Of a stretch of DNA of 64,000 bases, positions 21,636 through 33,242 are shown in pieces. Below the pieces are notes generated by a model. The model was not told where the DNA came from, ran no database searches, and saw nothing but the letters and a program-made list of their open reading frames with translations. The position numbers and the translations under genes were made by a program. Where the stretch lies: NCBI RefSeq assembly GCF_902459465.1, contig NC_047064.1, positions 16,244,001-16,308,000 of the forward strand, given 5' to 3'. The stretch comes from Asterias rubens. Lineage: Eukaryota. The stretch's first letter is position 1. Each line of letters starts with the position of its first letter.

Positions 21636-22619
21636 TTAGCTTACAGATGCTGTTGCAGTCTGTTGTATCGGTAATACGGCTAAGGAGGTCCCGTTAGACT
21701 CCTCTCCAGGGCGCACTCGGTTTCGACCAAATCGGCTCCGTACAAGTTGTTTGAGCTGTGTACGGAAATGCTGGTATTTGAAGCAATAAACGACTGGATT
21801 CACGCTCATGTTGCACATGACCAACCCGGTCAAAATCGTTCTGGTCAGCTCGTTTGGTTCCCGTGTAATTCCGAGAGTAACAAGAAACCGCATCATCTCC
21901 AATGGTGTCCAACAAATGAAAAACATGATACCAGCTATTAACATTGTCAGTATGACGTTTCGCTTTGCTTTACTCAATACACCGTCTGCTTGCTGGTTGA
22001 CTGTGCCATTGCTCAACTTGTGTCGCAACAATAGAAGAATTCGAGTGTAAGAAAATGATATCAGAACTATTGGAATCGAAAACTCAACTAAAATTTCAGA
22101 ACAAAATATTGGCAGTTTTGTATGGACTAAAAAGTACGGATCAAACTGACACTTTGATTGTATTGCTGTGAATATGAACACATATGAAATTGCATGTGTG
22201 AAACCGATGATCCAAGCAACACACATTGAAACTTTGATCTTGAAGAGTGAGCAGTGGTTTCGGTGTTTGACCGGATAGCACGTGGCAAGAAAACGCTCAA
22301 GCGATATCACCACCAGATTGTACGTGGACGTCACACCTAAACCCCAAACGAAAAAGTTTGAGTGAATGAACCTGCAGAGAAAAACACCAACGGAATTTCT
22401 CTCCACGTTCTCCAGAAGCGAAGTTTGTTTGATCCCAGTCATGAGGAGAAACACCAAACTAGAGATGAAGTCGATGATGGACTGGTGACGGATAAGTCGG
22501 TTAGTGAAGGAGGTGAACTGTTTACGTCTGACCGTCATGACGAAAATCACCAAACCGTTTCCGAGGATGGCCGAGCATCCGATAGCGACATTGAAGACTG
22601 GAAGAGGAAAACTTGTCAT
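21636..22619 (-). CDS. Single-exon class A GPCR, 327 aa (subfamily A)
   Basis: Intact ORF with GN, IIDF, LERF, CWTP and NPVVY motifs. Confidence 0.93.
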   Translation of the reverse strand: MTSFPLPVFNVAIGCSAILGNGLVIFVMTVRRKQFTSFTNRLIRHQSIIDFISSLVFLLMTGIKQTSLLENVERNSVGVFLCRFIHSNFFVWGLGVTSTYNLVVISLERFLATCYPVKHRNHCSLFKIKVSMCVAWIIGFTHAISYVFIFTAIQSKCQFDPYFLVHTKLPIFCSEILVEFSIPIVLISFSYTRILLLLRHKLSNGTVNQQADGVLSKAKRNVILTMLIAGIMFFICWTPLEMMRFLVTLGITREPNELTRTILTGLVMCNMSVNPVVYCFKYQHFRTQLKQLVRSRFGRNRVRPGEESNGTSLAVLPIQQTATASVS

Positions 22620-22768
22620 GTTTTGTTCAGTGATGAAAGAATGTCATACGAGCATTTTAGCAGATTCAACTCACAAGTTATGTCGATCGAGCATACATAT
22701 CGACAGCCAGAATCTTATCCTATGATATTTCAGAAAAAACAAAACACTGAACGTTATAGGAATCTTTG

Positions 22769-23904
22769 AACATCGAAGTACGACTTAGCTCACGTCAGTT
22801 CCTTCGAAGGGAAATTTGGAAAATGCTGACTTCATCCGAAACGTAGTATCCTTGTACCTTCTTGTATACGACTCGGCGTCAATTATAAAGCACAGTGTGT
22901 TTATAACTGCTTCAATTGATATATTTTTTATTAGTTAAGGACGCATTAATTTGTTTTGCAAAAGTTAGTAACAATTAAGAGGAAGCGTGCGTCAGCAAAA
23001 CGAATTATGTTTTTTTTCGGGTTTTAAACTGACCTTTATTATATGCTGGGAAGTGCGTTAGACAATAATTCTCTCGTAAGAAACTATCATTGAGCAATTT
23101 GCAGCAGTTGCTGAAATTTATCGAGTTTTGAAAATAACTCGATAATTTCAGCGAACTGCTGCAAATTGTTTTGACCAATATCAAATTACATCACTTTTGG
23201 ACGTATACGTTATAAATAGTCATTCAATGATAGTTACTTTCAGATGCAACGTTTCCTTGAGAATTATTGTCGAACGCACTTCCCAGCATATAATAAAGGT
23301 CAATTTAAAACACGACAAAAAAGAACCATACTTAGTTTTGCTGACGCACGCTACCTCTTTTTTGTTATTAACTTTTGCAAAACAAATTAATGCGTCCTTG
23401 CAAACTTCAAAACTTTGCCAAACGGGTTTCTTCGGGGCAGAACTAATCAAAAAATATAAATTGAAGCAGTAATTAATCAAAAAATATAAATTGAAGCAGT
23501 TATAAACACACCAGTGTGTTTATAACTGCTTCAATGTAATCAACAAATATGAATTGAAGCAGTTATAAACATTTATAACTGCTTCAATTTATATTTTTTT
23601 GATCAAAAAATATAAATTGAAGCAGTTATAAACACACCAGTGTGCTTCAATTTATATTTTTTGATTAATTCTGCCCCGAAGAAACCCGTTTGGCAAAGTT
23701 TTAAAGTTTGCAAGGACGCATTAATTTGTTTTGCAAAAGTTAATAGCAAATAAGAGGTAGCGTGCGTCAGCAAAACTAAGTATGGTTCGTGTGCTCTTAA
23801 AGAGTCGTACAAGAAGGTACAAGATACTACGTTTCGGATGAAGGCAGCATTTTCAAAATTTTCCTTCGAAGGAACTGACGTGAGCTAAGTCGTACTTCGA
23901 TGTT
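22769..23904. repeat. Nested inverted duplications (foldback) of the GPCR upstream region
   Basis: 22769-22870 is the reverse complement of ~23800-23904; 23322-23520 is the reverse complement of ~23590-23788; separate 74-bp palindrome at 23095-23168. Confidence 0.9.
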
Positions 23905-23929
23905 TACAATTGAAGATTCAAACTGTCGA

Positions 23930-24410
23930 AATGTATGCTAAAAATAGAGTCAAATTAAATTTTATGGACTACTCCCATGGAAACACTAACTCGAGAAAGT
24001 GTTCCATTTGTCGTTCACCCGGGTGTTTTTCCTAGGTCTGTTTTTTCAACTAAAAATAAGGTCAAATTGCTTTTTTATGGACTACTTCCATCAAAACACT
24101 AACTCGAGAAAGTAATCACAACAATGGTGGGTATCCCGTTTTATCCAGAACTGTTTTATTTTAAACTAAAAAATAAAGTTAAATTGCATTTTGTGTCAAC
24201 ACACTCGAGAGAGTATTCCCATTTGCCGGTCTCCCGTTTTATTTTCTCAGAACTGTTATTTTGTTGAACTAGAAATCAAGTTAAATTAAAAGCTTGGTGT
24301 GTCGATGGAAGTAACTTTATTTTTAGTTTAAAAAAAGAGACCTGGGAAAAACGGGAGACCGACCATTGTGAATACTTTCTCGAGTTAATGTGTGGATGGA
24401 AGTAGTCCCC
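23930..24410. repeat. Diverged ~110-bp tandem repeat (about 4 copies) followed by an inverted copy
   Basis: Recurring AAATTG/TTTTATGGACTAC...ACACTAACTCGAGAAAGT blocks; inverted form ACTTTCTCGAGTTA...AGTAGTCC at ~24375-24410. Confidence 0.6.
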
Positions 24411-25006
24411 CATAGTGACCCTATTCACACTGTTGTCATCATCACAATAAAATCTGGGTGGCGCCACTTCGGGCGTAATGCATCCTTGAGTGTTTTAATG
24501 GGTGGTGTTTCAAGTCCCTTTTGTTCATTGCTAACATTTCAATGGAAGCGTTGCCTAAGAATAGGCACTTTGGGGGTTTTAAAAGGCGCTTGTTAATTTT
24601 TAATTAATATTGTTGGAAACATATTTTAAGAGTATAGGCCTACAATGATCAATACAATGTGTATTGAAATGATGGTGTGGTTTTCCTTGTTACTTATATA
24701 GGTCAACTAAAACGGGCCTCCATTCTGTGGAGTATGGTACTAGAAAATGGCGGATTGACAAAAAACGGAAAACTGCTATACAGTGATGCGATTTTGGACT
24801 TTTTTATCTCACTAAACGTGGATGATGAGACGTTCTTTATAAAAATACCGTGATTTTTTTGTTTGCTAATTTCTCATCGGAAATTTGGCCCAGCTTACAA
24901 TCAACTGAAATTTTCACACGTGACTTTATTCTAATCACAAGTACACTCAGAAAACAAATGGTAAAAAGATGTTATGTAAAAAAAGTTGTGTAAGAAACTA
25001 CCTAAC

Positions 25007-25950
25007 TTAAAGCCATTGGACCCTTTCGGTACAGGAAAAAAAAATCACAAAGTTACAAATAACTTACAGGGTGAAATACTTCTCTTGAAATATTAGTCCA
25101 TGAAATACTTTACTTTTTGAGAAAACAGTTAAACAATATCAATTCTCGTTAACGAGAATTACGGATTTATTTTAAAGTCACCTGGAAGTGGTATTTTTTT
25201 CAAAATAAAGCTTTTGTCACTAATATATGTGTTTTAATGAGTGGAATGTGAATAAACAGTTAACTAAGGTTTTAAAAAATCAGTTCTTATGTTATCTACA
25301 AATTTAAGAGTAGACCCCGACCCGAGAGGGCGCTGTTCGTGACGTCAATCGAGGCAGACTTTGCCTGTAATGCGTAGAGTAAACACAATTGCAAAGTACA
25401 TGTACGGACCGAGTCGTGAGTTTGTACGTTTCCAAAAAAAAAAAATTGTTTTTTTTCCCGGCAATGCCGACCAGGTGTATTGCTGCTGAATGCAGAAAAA
25501 CACTTTTTGAAATGTACCAACTTACGACTTGGACGTACTTGTACTTTGCACGTACATGTACTTTGCACGTGTGTTTACTATACGCATTGCAGCCAAAGTC
25601 TGCCTCGATTGACGTCACAAAAGGGGTAGGCGGAGTCAGCCCCCCAAACAACTTTATATATTTTTTAAACATATAAATCGTGACAAACAACTACTTAAAA
25701 ACATTGTTTTATTGTTCGTAAGCATATACTCTTATGTTTGAAAGAAAAAAAAACTTATATTTCCAGGTGACTTTAAACACATGTCATGACACGGCGAAAC
25801 GCGTGGATACAAGGGTGGGTTTTCCCGTTATTTTCTCCCGACTCCGATGACCGATTAAGCCCAATTTTTCACAGGTGTGTTATTTTATATAGAAGTTGTG
25901 ATACACGAAGTGTGAGCCTTGGACAATACTGTTTACCGAAAGGGTTTTAA
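25007..25950. mobile_element. TTAA MITE family C (AGCCATTGGACCCTTTC terminus) hosting a nested family D element
   Basis: Colinear (inverted) with the intact copy at 33239-33612, apart from the insertion at an internal TTAA. Confidence 0.8.
25172..25776. mobile_element. TTAA MITE family D (AGTCACCTGGAA TIR), nested in family C
   Basis: TTAA|AGTCACCTGGAA...TTCCAGGTGACT|TTAA; second copy, inverted, at 48404-48989. Confidence 0.85.
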
Positions 25951-26471
25951 GTAAAACACTGCCAAAAATATGTACTGAATTGTAGTGTAAACAAATCTAA
26001 ACATGTTTTGAGAGTAAGTATTGCAGTTAACCAAAGTTATGTAAGATTTACCGAAGTAAAGAGAAACTTTACATGGCATTGGTAGGTCTTACAAGGAACT
26101 GTGAAAAGAATCCGGTGTTTACATGCAAGTTATGTTTTTCCCCGCGTGTGCGCACGCGCGTCTGTGTGTAAAGTTGCTAACGTCTCAGTCCATGCACTCA
26201 TGTCGTTCGTGCTCGTCGAGCAAAAGTTACAAGAATGGAGATTTTTGCTCCTAGGTGGACGTATTAAAAGGTGACTTTCTCAAAAGTTGTTACGATCTAT
26301 AGTCATATCTACTGATGTGTGTCGTATTATTATTTGTTAGTTTTTACAACCATTTTGGCCTACATGTTTGCCATGAACTTGAAGATGTCTACAGCGCTAT
26401 AGTGCTGCTATAGCAAAACAACATGTTGCAACACGTTACAACACATGCTCACTTTATAGCGCTGCAGACAT

Positions 26472-26988
26472 CTTCAAGTTTGGTATGGCCTAAAAAGTAC
26501 GGATCAAACTGACACTTTGATTGCTTTGCTGTGAATATGAACACATACGAAATTGCATGTGTGAAACCGATGATCCAATCAACACACATTGAAACTTTGA
26601 TCTTGAAGAGTGAGCAGTGGTTGCTGTGTTTGACCGGATAGCACGTGGCAAGAAAACGCTCAAGCGATATCACCACCAGATTGTACGTGGACGTCACATC
26701 TTAACCCCAAACGAAAAAGTTTGAGTGAATGAACCTGCAGAGAAAAACACCAACGTAATTTCTCTCCACGTTCTCCAGAAGCGAAGTTTGTTTGATCCCA
26801 GTCATGAGGAGAAACACCAAACCAGAGACGAAGTCGATGATGGATTGGTGACGGATAAGTCGGTTAGTGAAGGAGCTGAACTGTTTACGTCTGACCGTCA
26901 TGACGAAAATCACCAAACTGTTTCCGAGAATGGCAGAGCATCCGATAGCAACATTGAACGCTGTGGCTAAATAATTATTCGATGCCAT
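26472..26988 (-). pseudogene. GPCR pseudogene P4 (subfamily A): in-frame TAA at 26701-26703, 3'-truncated after ECL2
   Basis: MASNNYLATAFNVAIG...FFVWG*DVTSTYNL...FDPYFLGHTKL; homology to the 21.6-kb gene stops at ~26476. Confidence 0.9.
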
Positions 26989-28261
26989 TACGAGATCGAA
27001 GAAGAAACTTGAAAGACAAAAACTCTGCAACTTTTCGCTGTGAACTATTGTGTCTTTCACAACATGTTTATAAAAGGAAACATTCCAGAGTGAATTCACA
27101 GCAACCTTTGACATAAAATTGTCTAAGAAATATCGTGTTTCAAACCGGCAGCCAAGAGAACGTGAGATAAAATGACGGACTTCTAAGCCTGGCTAGGATT
27201 TAAGTCTTATATTTTATTCCCCAATGATATTTAATGGTTGTATCCATTAAATACCTGAATCATACAATAAAGCATAGGCACGCTCGCATTCATTCTTCAC
27301 ATTATTTACTGCAGCTATTTGTAGGTAAAAGTTAAATGTGTCCTGTACGGTTTTAATGCATTATTGTCCGATTCTACAAGAAAAACACGAACAAGCCTTT
27401 TCCAAGAGCGGCTGAGCATCCCATAAAGGTAGCCATGACATTCGACGTCTTTCTGATTGTCCCATTGGAATTGGAAGTCAATCAAAGAGAGGAGGTTATA
27501 TTGCCCGGATTGCTAATAATTGAATGAAATATAAATTTGATTGTTTCATTCGTATGATTCTCTTGTCTTGCAACTGATTGTAAAAAGCGAAGTGAAGCCA
27601 AGGATGAAAGGCGAGTGGGGGGGGGGGGGGGGGGGTCATTGTATGCTTTCATAAAAAATGCTTCCTGCTATTAACCGGAACCTCATAAGATGTCTCGACA
27701 TTGAAAGCAGACTTAAGAACTTGCAAAGGTATATGGAAGAAACTACAGTTAAACTTAAACAAAATTGGTTCTTAAACTGGTCAACACTCCAACAAGGAAA
27801 GAAACGGTGCCGGTGTCAGATGCCGGTGTCAGATGCAATTGTGTCCGCCATGCAATACTGTCCGCTGTCCGTTATTTTGTAAATCTGTGAACTTTTTTTT
27901 GTCTGTACCGAAAGGGTCCAATGGCTTTAAGATTGAAACTCTAAGACTTAAGAATTGTCAACCTTTACCCCCTCCGATTTTATCATGCAATGAGAAAACT
28001 GGTCTAAACAAAAAGAATGCATCGATGGAAACGCAAAATGTGACGTCATAAACGTAAACTCGCAAAGACGTTGTTCGGTGTCAACCCAGTATTTTGTTGT
28101 CAACTTCACTCAAACGATACAGTCACAATCAGCTTTTACAACGGCTTGTTCAATAATCAATTAGATTCACCAGAAGTAAATTAACAAAATTATAGACGCT
28201 TCATGTTGTGCCAGAACAGGAATGACCTCAGCCGAGGTCTCGAATTCAATTCAAATATTAC

Positions 28262-28538
28262 CAAAATAGTTTGAGTGAATGAACCTACAAAGAAAAACAC
28301 CCACGAAATTGTCCTCAACTTCCTCAAAAAGCGAACTCTGTTTGATCCCAGTCACGAGGAGAAACACCAAACCAGAGATGAAGTCGATGATGGGTTGGTG
28401 ACGGATAAGTCGGTTAGTGAAGGAGCTGAACTGATCACGTCTGACCGTCATGACGAAAATCACCAAACCGTTTCCGAGAATGGCCGAACATCCGATAACG
28501 GCGTTGATGACCGTATCTAAACCGTTGTTAGATACCAT
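28262..28538 (-). pseudogene. GPCR pseudogene P5: TM1-TM3 fragment only
   Basis: MVSNNGLDTVINAVIGCSAILGNGLVIFVMTVRRDQ...CRFIHSNYF, then non-homologous sequence. Confidence 0.88.
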
Positions 28539-29220
28539 AGCTATTACCGAAATGGAACTTTCTTTGTGTTATAGTGCAACGAAAGTTGTGAGAAACTGCA
28601 CTGCAGTTTTTCGATGTGAACCCTTTGTCTTTGTATATCTACATGAGCATACTTATGAAGAGTAATGGTTTCGTAGTTAAATAAATGTACAATTCCGTCT
28701 GAGAAAGATTGTTCATGAGAGATGTTTTTTGTCGAGTGTAGCAGAAACTGATCGAGGCAAATAAGAGACTTGTAGACGAAGACATGAAATTGCCAGAACC
28801 ACAGTCAAATCTATCCTGCTTGGATAGTGGACGCTCCGCCTACGAATATAGTATTCATAAAGAAACGTCAGACGATTTGGTGTGTTTGAGAAGTGGGGAA
28901 CTGACCAAACTATTTTTCTTTGATTTAATCTTTTTTACAACCAATCTGCCCTTGATAAATTTGTATTTATTTTGAGCGAACAAAACAATAATAGATCAGA
29001 AATAGATCTTTTAAAGTGCTTTGTATGTTTTTTTCCATCTAAGACATCTAGCTCATCGTTGAGGTTCTTGTTAGAATTTCAGAAAGCCTGATCAAAATAC
29101 AGCCTCGACAATGTCGGTGAATAAAGAAGCAAAATTGACGGACTTGTGTCCATTTCCAACCACTCCGAGTTATGAACCCCAATGTTAAAATAAGCGAATA
29201 TTTATTTTAAGTTGGGTGCT

Positions 29221-29513
29221 ATTGGTTAATGTCAAAGACTAGCCTTCACAGTTGGTATATCTTAACATATGCATAAAATAACAAACCTGTGAAAATTTGA
29301 GCCCAATCGGTCATCGAACTTGCGAGATAATAATGAAAGAAAAAAACACCCTTGTCACACGAAGTTGTGTGCGTTTAGATGGTTGATTTCGAGACCTCAA
29401 ATTCGTGGAAAAGTACTTCTTCCTCGAAAACTCCCCATTACTCGTCGTCACCAATAAAGGTTTTATGCTAATAATTATTTTGAGTAATTACCAATAGTGT
29501 CCACTGCCTTTAA
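29221..29513. mobile_element. TTAA MITE family A, reverse orientation, internally deleted
   Basis: Ends CCAATAGTGTCCACTGCCTTTAA; family A internal blocks present. Confidence 0.75.
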
Positions 29514-29838
29514 ATTATTATTGTAAGAATCCATAGACTTTGGTAGTTTGAAGAGAATCAAACGTTTAAATGCTGTAAATGCATTTTCAGTTTGTAAGAT
29601 CCCAATGTCGTGTGAGCTTTTCTACCCCAGATAACATTCACGTATTACAAAAGAAATTGTTGCAGTTTCTTTCAGATTGAACAACACGCCACAAACATGG
29701 TTCACTCTCTAATAAAATCCCCACCAGATTTCAAACAAAAGAAACACAGACCACAGACGAAGTCAAGTTGATTGACTGTTGATTAATTCATGTTTTTCCT
29801 TTGCATCTTGCACTATTCGAGTCATGGATTGTTGACAG

Positions 29839-30232
29839 TTAAAGGCAGTGGACACTATTGGTAATTACTCAAAATAATTATTAGCACAAAACCTTACTTG
29901 GTAACGAGTAATAGGGAGAGGTTGACAGTAAAAAACATTGTGAGAAACGACACCCTCTGAAGTGAAGTAGTTTTTGAGAAAGAACTAATTTTCATCAAAT
30001 TTGATTTCGAGACCTCAGATTTAGAATTTGAGGTCTCGAAATCAAGCATCTGAAAGCACATAACCGTGTGACCATGGTGCGACAAGGGTATTTTTTCTTT
30101 AATTAATATCTCGCAACTTCGACGACCGATTGAGCTCAAATTTTCACAGGTTTGTTATTTTATGCATATGCTGAGATACACCAACTGCGAAGACTAGTTT
30201 TTGACAATTACCAATAGTGTCCGTGTTTCTAA
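29839..30232. mobile_element. TTAA MITE family A
   Basis: TTAAAGGCAGTGGACACTATTGG...CCAATAGTGTCC; right end degenerate. Confidence 0.8.
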
Positions 30233-30561
30233 AATCCTGGTCAAAGTTAGACTGTGCTCAACCCCTGCGAGGGCAGCCATGTGACGTAAAATGCTCATAT
30301 CATCACACATACTCGCGCGTTTCGCCGTGTCATGATATGTGTTTAAAATAAATCCGTAATTCTCGTTAACGAGAATTGATATTGTTTTAAAATTCTCATA
30401 TCATCACACATACTCCCTGCGAATGCGAATATCCCAGAGGAAACGTGAATGCATCAAAGCTTTCCTATATCTTTTATGAATCAGACAGGGGTATAGCAGT
30501 GAAGAGAAAAAAATGGCATTGATGTCCATTAGACCTTCTCAATCTTCCATCCATCAGAGAC

Positions 30562-30758
30562 TAAATCCTGGTTCATACTTCCTGCGAATGCGAAGATGAA
30601 GCGAATCTTGACGTCACAAATTCGCAACGAACAATTCGCAGCAGTTGCCCTCTGCTCTACTCCCTTGCGAATAATCGCTGCGAAAAGAGGGTGTGACGTC
30701 AAATTCACGTCAAATTCGCTTCGCATTCGCATTCGCAGGAAGTATGAACCGGGCTTTA
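30562..30758. mobile_element. Short MITE with CCTGGTTCATACTTCCTGCGAATGCGAA TIR (PIF/Harbinger-like)
   Basis: Near-perfect ~28-bp TIR; TAAA/TTTA flanks. Confidence 0.7.
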
Positions 30759-30940
30759 ATAAGACGGGGTTACGATGGCTGGATTTGTTCAATCCAGAGA
30801 AGATTTGAAGTGGATCAGACATTGGGTTTGATACTGCCCGATTGTAGATAAAATAAAATGCCAACTTAAATCGTGCATCAAATTCCTAATGGTGGTCTAA
30901 TTTTGCTATCGAGGGTGGAGATTATAGGTGCTCGTTCTAC

Positions 30941-31111
30941 GGCCCTTTTCGAAACCACGGCTTCGGCTTGGGATTCGGCTTCCGGCTCCTTCCTCTCGTC
31001 TGAAGCCATGATTGCGTATACGCAAAACACGCGCACATTGTCAAAACAACCGCGGGGGCCAAGCTAGCCTGAGCCGAATCTGGGGCCGAAGCCGTGAATT
31101 CGAAAAGGGCC
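30941..31111. mobile_element. MITE family E (GGCCCTTTTCGAA TIR)
   Basis: TIR GGCCCTTTTCGAA..ACGGCTTCGGC / GCCGAAGCCGT..TTCGAAAAGGGCC; second copy at 34755-34899. Confidence 0.8.
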
Positions 31112-31289
31112 TGTGTTTTCATAAAAAGCTGTGTGTTTAAGGCAGAAAACCACATCAAACTGAGCAGAGGACAACAGTTCAAGATTCAATTATGGATAAT
31201 TTTCCCTTATACTGTAAAATATGAGAGTTCAGTGTCATTTCTTTTTTTATAGTTCTCCTTTGTTTCAGAATTTTGCTATTGGATTTTCT

Positions 31290-32261
31290 TTATTGGGATT
31301 TCCTGCTCAATGTTGTTCCTTCCATAGACTCCTCTCCAGGACGCACTTGGTTTCGACCAAAACGGCTCCGTAAAAGTTGCATGAGCTGTACGCGGAAATG
31401 CTCGTACTTAAAGCAATAAACGACTGGATTCACGCTCATGTTACACATGATCAAATCCTGAAAAGCCCGAGTGATGTCACTAATTTGTCTTGTGTTGTTT
31501 GTTATAACATTAATATTATGTAGCAATCGTAACGTCTGGATATGAGTCCAGCAAATGAAGAACATGCAACCAGCGATCAGCATTGTAGCGATTACGTTTC
31601 TTTTAGCCTTACTGAAGACGCCATCTTGCTGATTGGCGTTAGCATTGTCAAGTTTGTGGCGAAGAACGAGGATTATTCTACAGTACGAAAACGATATAAG
31701 GAGCACAGAAATAATGTACTCAATCAAAGTACTTACACAAAACACAATCTTCAATGCAGCAGGACTTATGGATGGATCAAAGCCGCACTTACTACCATTG
31801 ACTTTGAACACGAAGAAAAACCTCAGCGAGTAGGTGATACCGATGATCCAAGCAACACACATTGAAACTTTGATCTTGAAGAGTGAGCAGTAGTTGCGGT
31901 GTTTGACCGGATGGCACGTGGCAAGAAAACGCTCCAGCGATATCACCACCAGATTGTACGTGGATGCTACGCCTAAACCCCAAACAAACAAATGTGAAAA
32001 TATGAACTTACAGAGAAAAACACAAAAGAAATGTTCCTTCAGTTTCTTTAAAAGTGAGCTCTGTGTGATCGCAGTCGTGAGGAGAAACACCAAACCAGAG
32101 ACGAAGTCGATGATGGATTGGTGACGGATAAGTCGGTTAGTGAAGGAGCTGAACTGTTTATGTCTGACCGTCATGACGAAAATCACCAAACCGTTTCCGA
32201 GAATGGCTGAGCATCCGATAGCGACGTTAAACGCTGTGGCTAAACCACCAATTGATGCCAT
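31290..32261 (-). CDS. Single-exon class A GPCR, 323 aa from ATG 32261 (subfamily B body); TM5 and TM6 prolines lost
   Basis: Intact ORF; start chosen by homology (MASIGGLATAFNVAIG). EYIISV replaces EYIIPV and CWTH replaces CWTP. Confidence 0.88.
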   Translation of the reverse strand: MASIGGLATAFNVAIGCSAILGNGLVIFVMTVRHKQFSSFTNRLIRHQSIIDFVSGLVFLLTTAITQSSLLKKLKEHFFCVFLCKFIFSHLFVWGLGVASTYNLVVISLERFLATCHPVKHRNYCSLFKIKVSMCVAWIIGITYSLRFFFVFKVNGSKCGFDPSISPAALKIVFCVSTLIEYIISVLLISFSYCRIILVLRHKLDNANANQQDGVFSKAKRNVIATMLIAGCMFFICWTHIQTLRLLHNINVITNNTRQISDITRAFQDLIMCNMSVNPVVYCFKYEHFRVQLMQLLRSRFGRNQVRPGEESMEGTTLSRKSQ

Positions 32262-32864
32262 AATAGTTAACGAGATCGAAGAAGAAACTTGAAAGAAACA
32301 ATTCTGCAACTTTACAGTGCGAATTATTGTATCTTTCACAACATGTTTAAACAAGCAAACATTCATTAGACACAAAATTGTCTGAGAAATATCATTGTTT
32401 AAATCGATAAGTTGTTAGAATATCCAATATTTTGGGGTTTTAGACAGCCGATTTTTGTTGTCTGAGCCAAGGCAGCAATGAAACCATGAGATGAAGTGAA
32501 GGTGCCCTAAATATATCCAGAATGTAAATAGAATATTTTATTCCCAACGGATTCTCAACGACTCTATCAAAGAAAGCAGCCAATTCAAGAAAGGCATAGA
32601 AACGTTGGTTTTCGTCCTTCAAAGACACGAATAGATCTTTGCTACGTGTTTATGCGCTGTATAGACAACGGTCGCTTTTTATTAATTTTGGCCTATTCCA
32701 GGCTGTTTTATTGATGTGCCCTGGCCTCCAAAACAAACAAAAAACAGAAGAAAACCACAATCTGTGCGTGGTTAAGATTCCACAGGGACAGTTAAAAGGT
32801 TTTTAAAATAAGTTCTCAATGATGCAAAACAAAACGAAATCGAGAACAACCGGCAATAAACCAC

Positions 32865-33242
32865 TTAGAGGGAAGGTACACGTTTGGTAGTTACTCAAAA
32901 CAAATCTTAACTTAAAAACTGACTTGGTAACGAGCATTGGAGAGCTGTTGATAGTATAAAACATTGTGGGGAAAAACTCCCTCTGAAGCAACGTAGTTTT
33001 TGAGAAAGAGGTCATTTCTCACTCAAATAATAAAAGACTTCTAGCTAGAAGTCTTTTATTCCTATCTAAAAACACACAAAATTCGATCAACAAGGGTGTT
33101 TTCTCTTTCATCATTTTCTCGCAACTTCGATGGCCGATTGAGCCCAAATTTTCAAAGGCTTGTTATTTTATGCATTTATGATGGGACACACCAAGTGAGA
33201 AGACTGGTCTTTGACAATTACCAAACGTGTACCTTCCCTTTA
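32865..33242. mobile_element. TTAA MITE, family A-related (AGGGAAGGTACACGTTTGG TIR)
   Basis: 19-bp TIR; shares its right TTAA (33239-33242) with the adjacent family C element. Confidence 0.8.
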
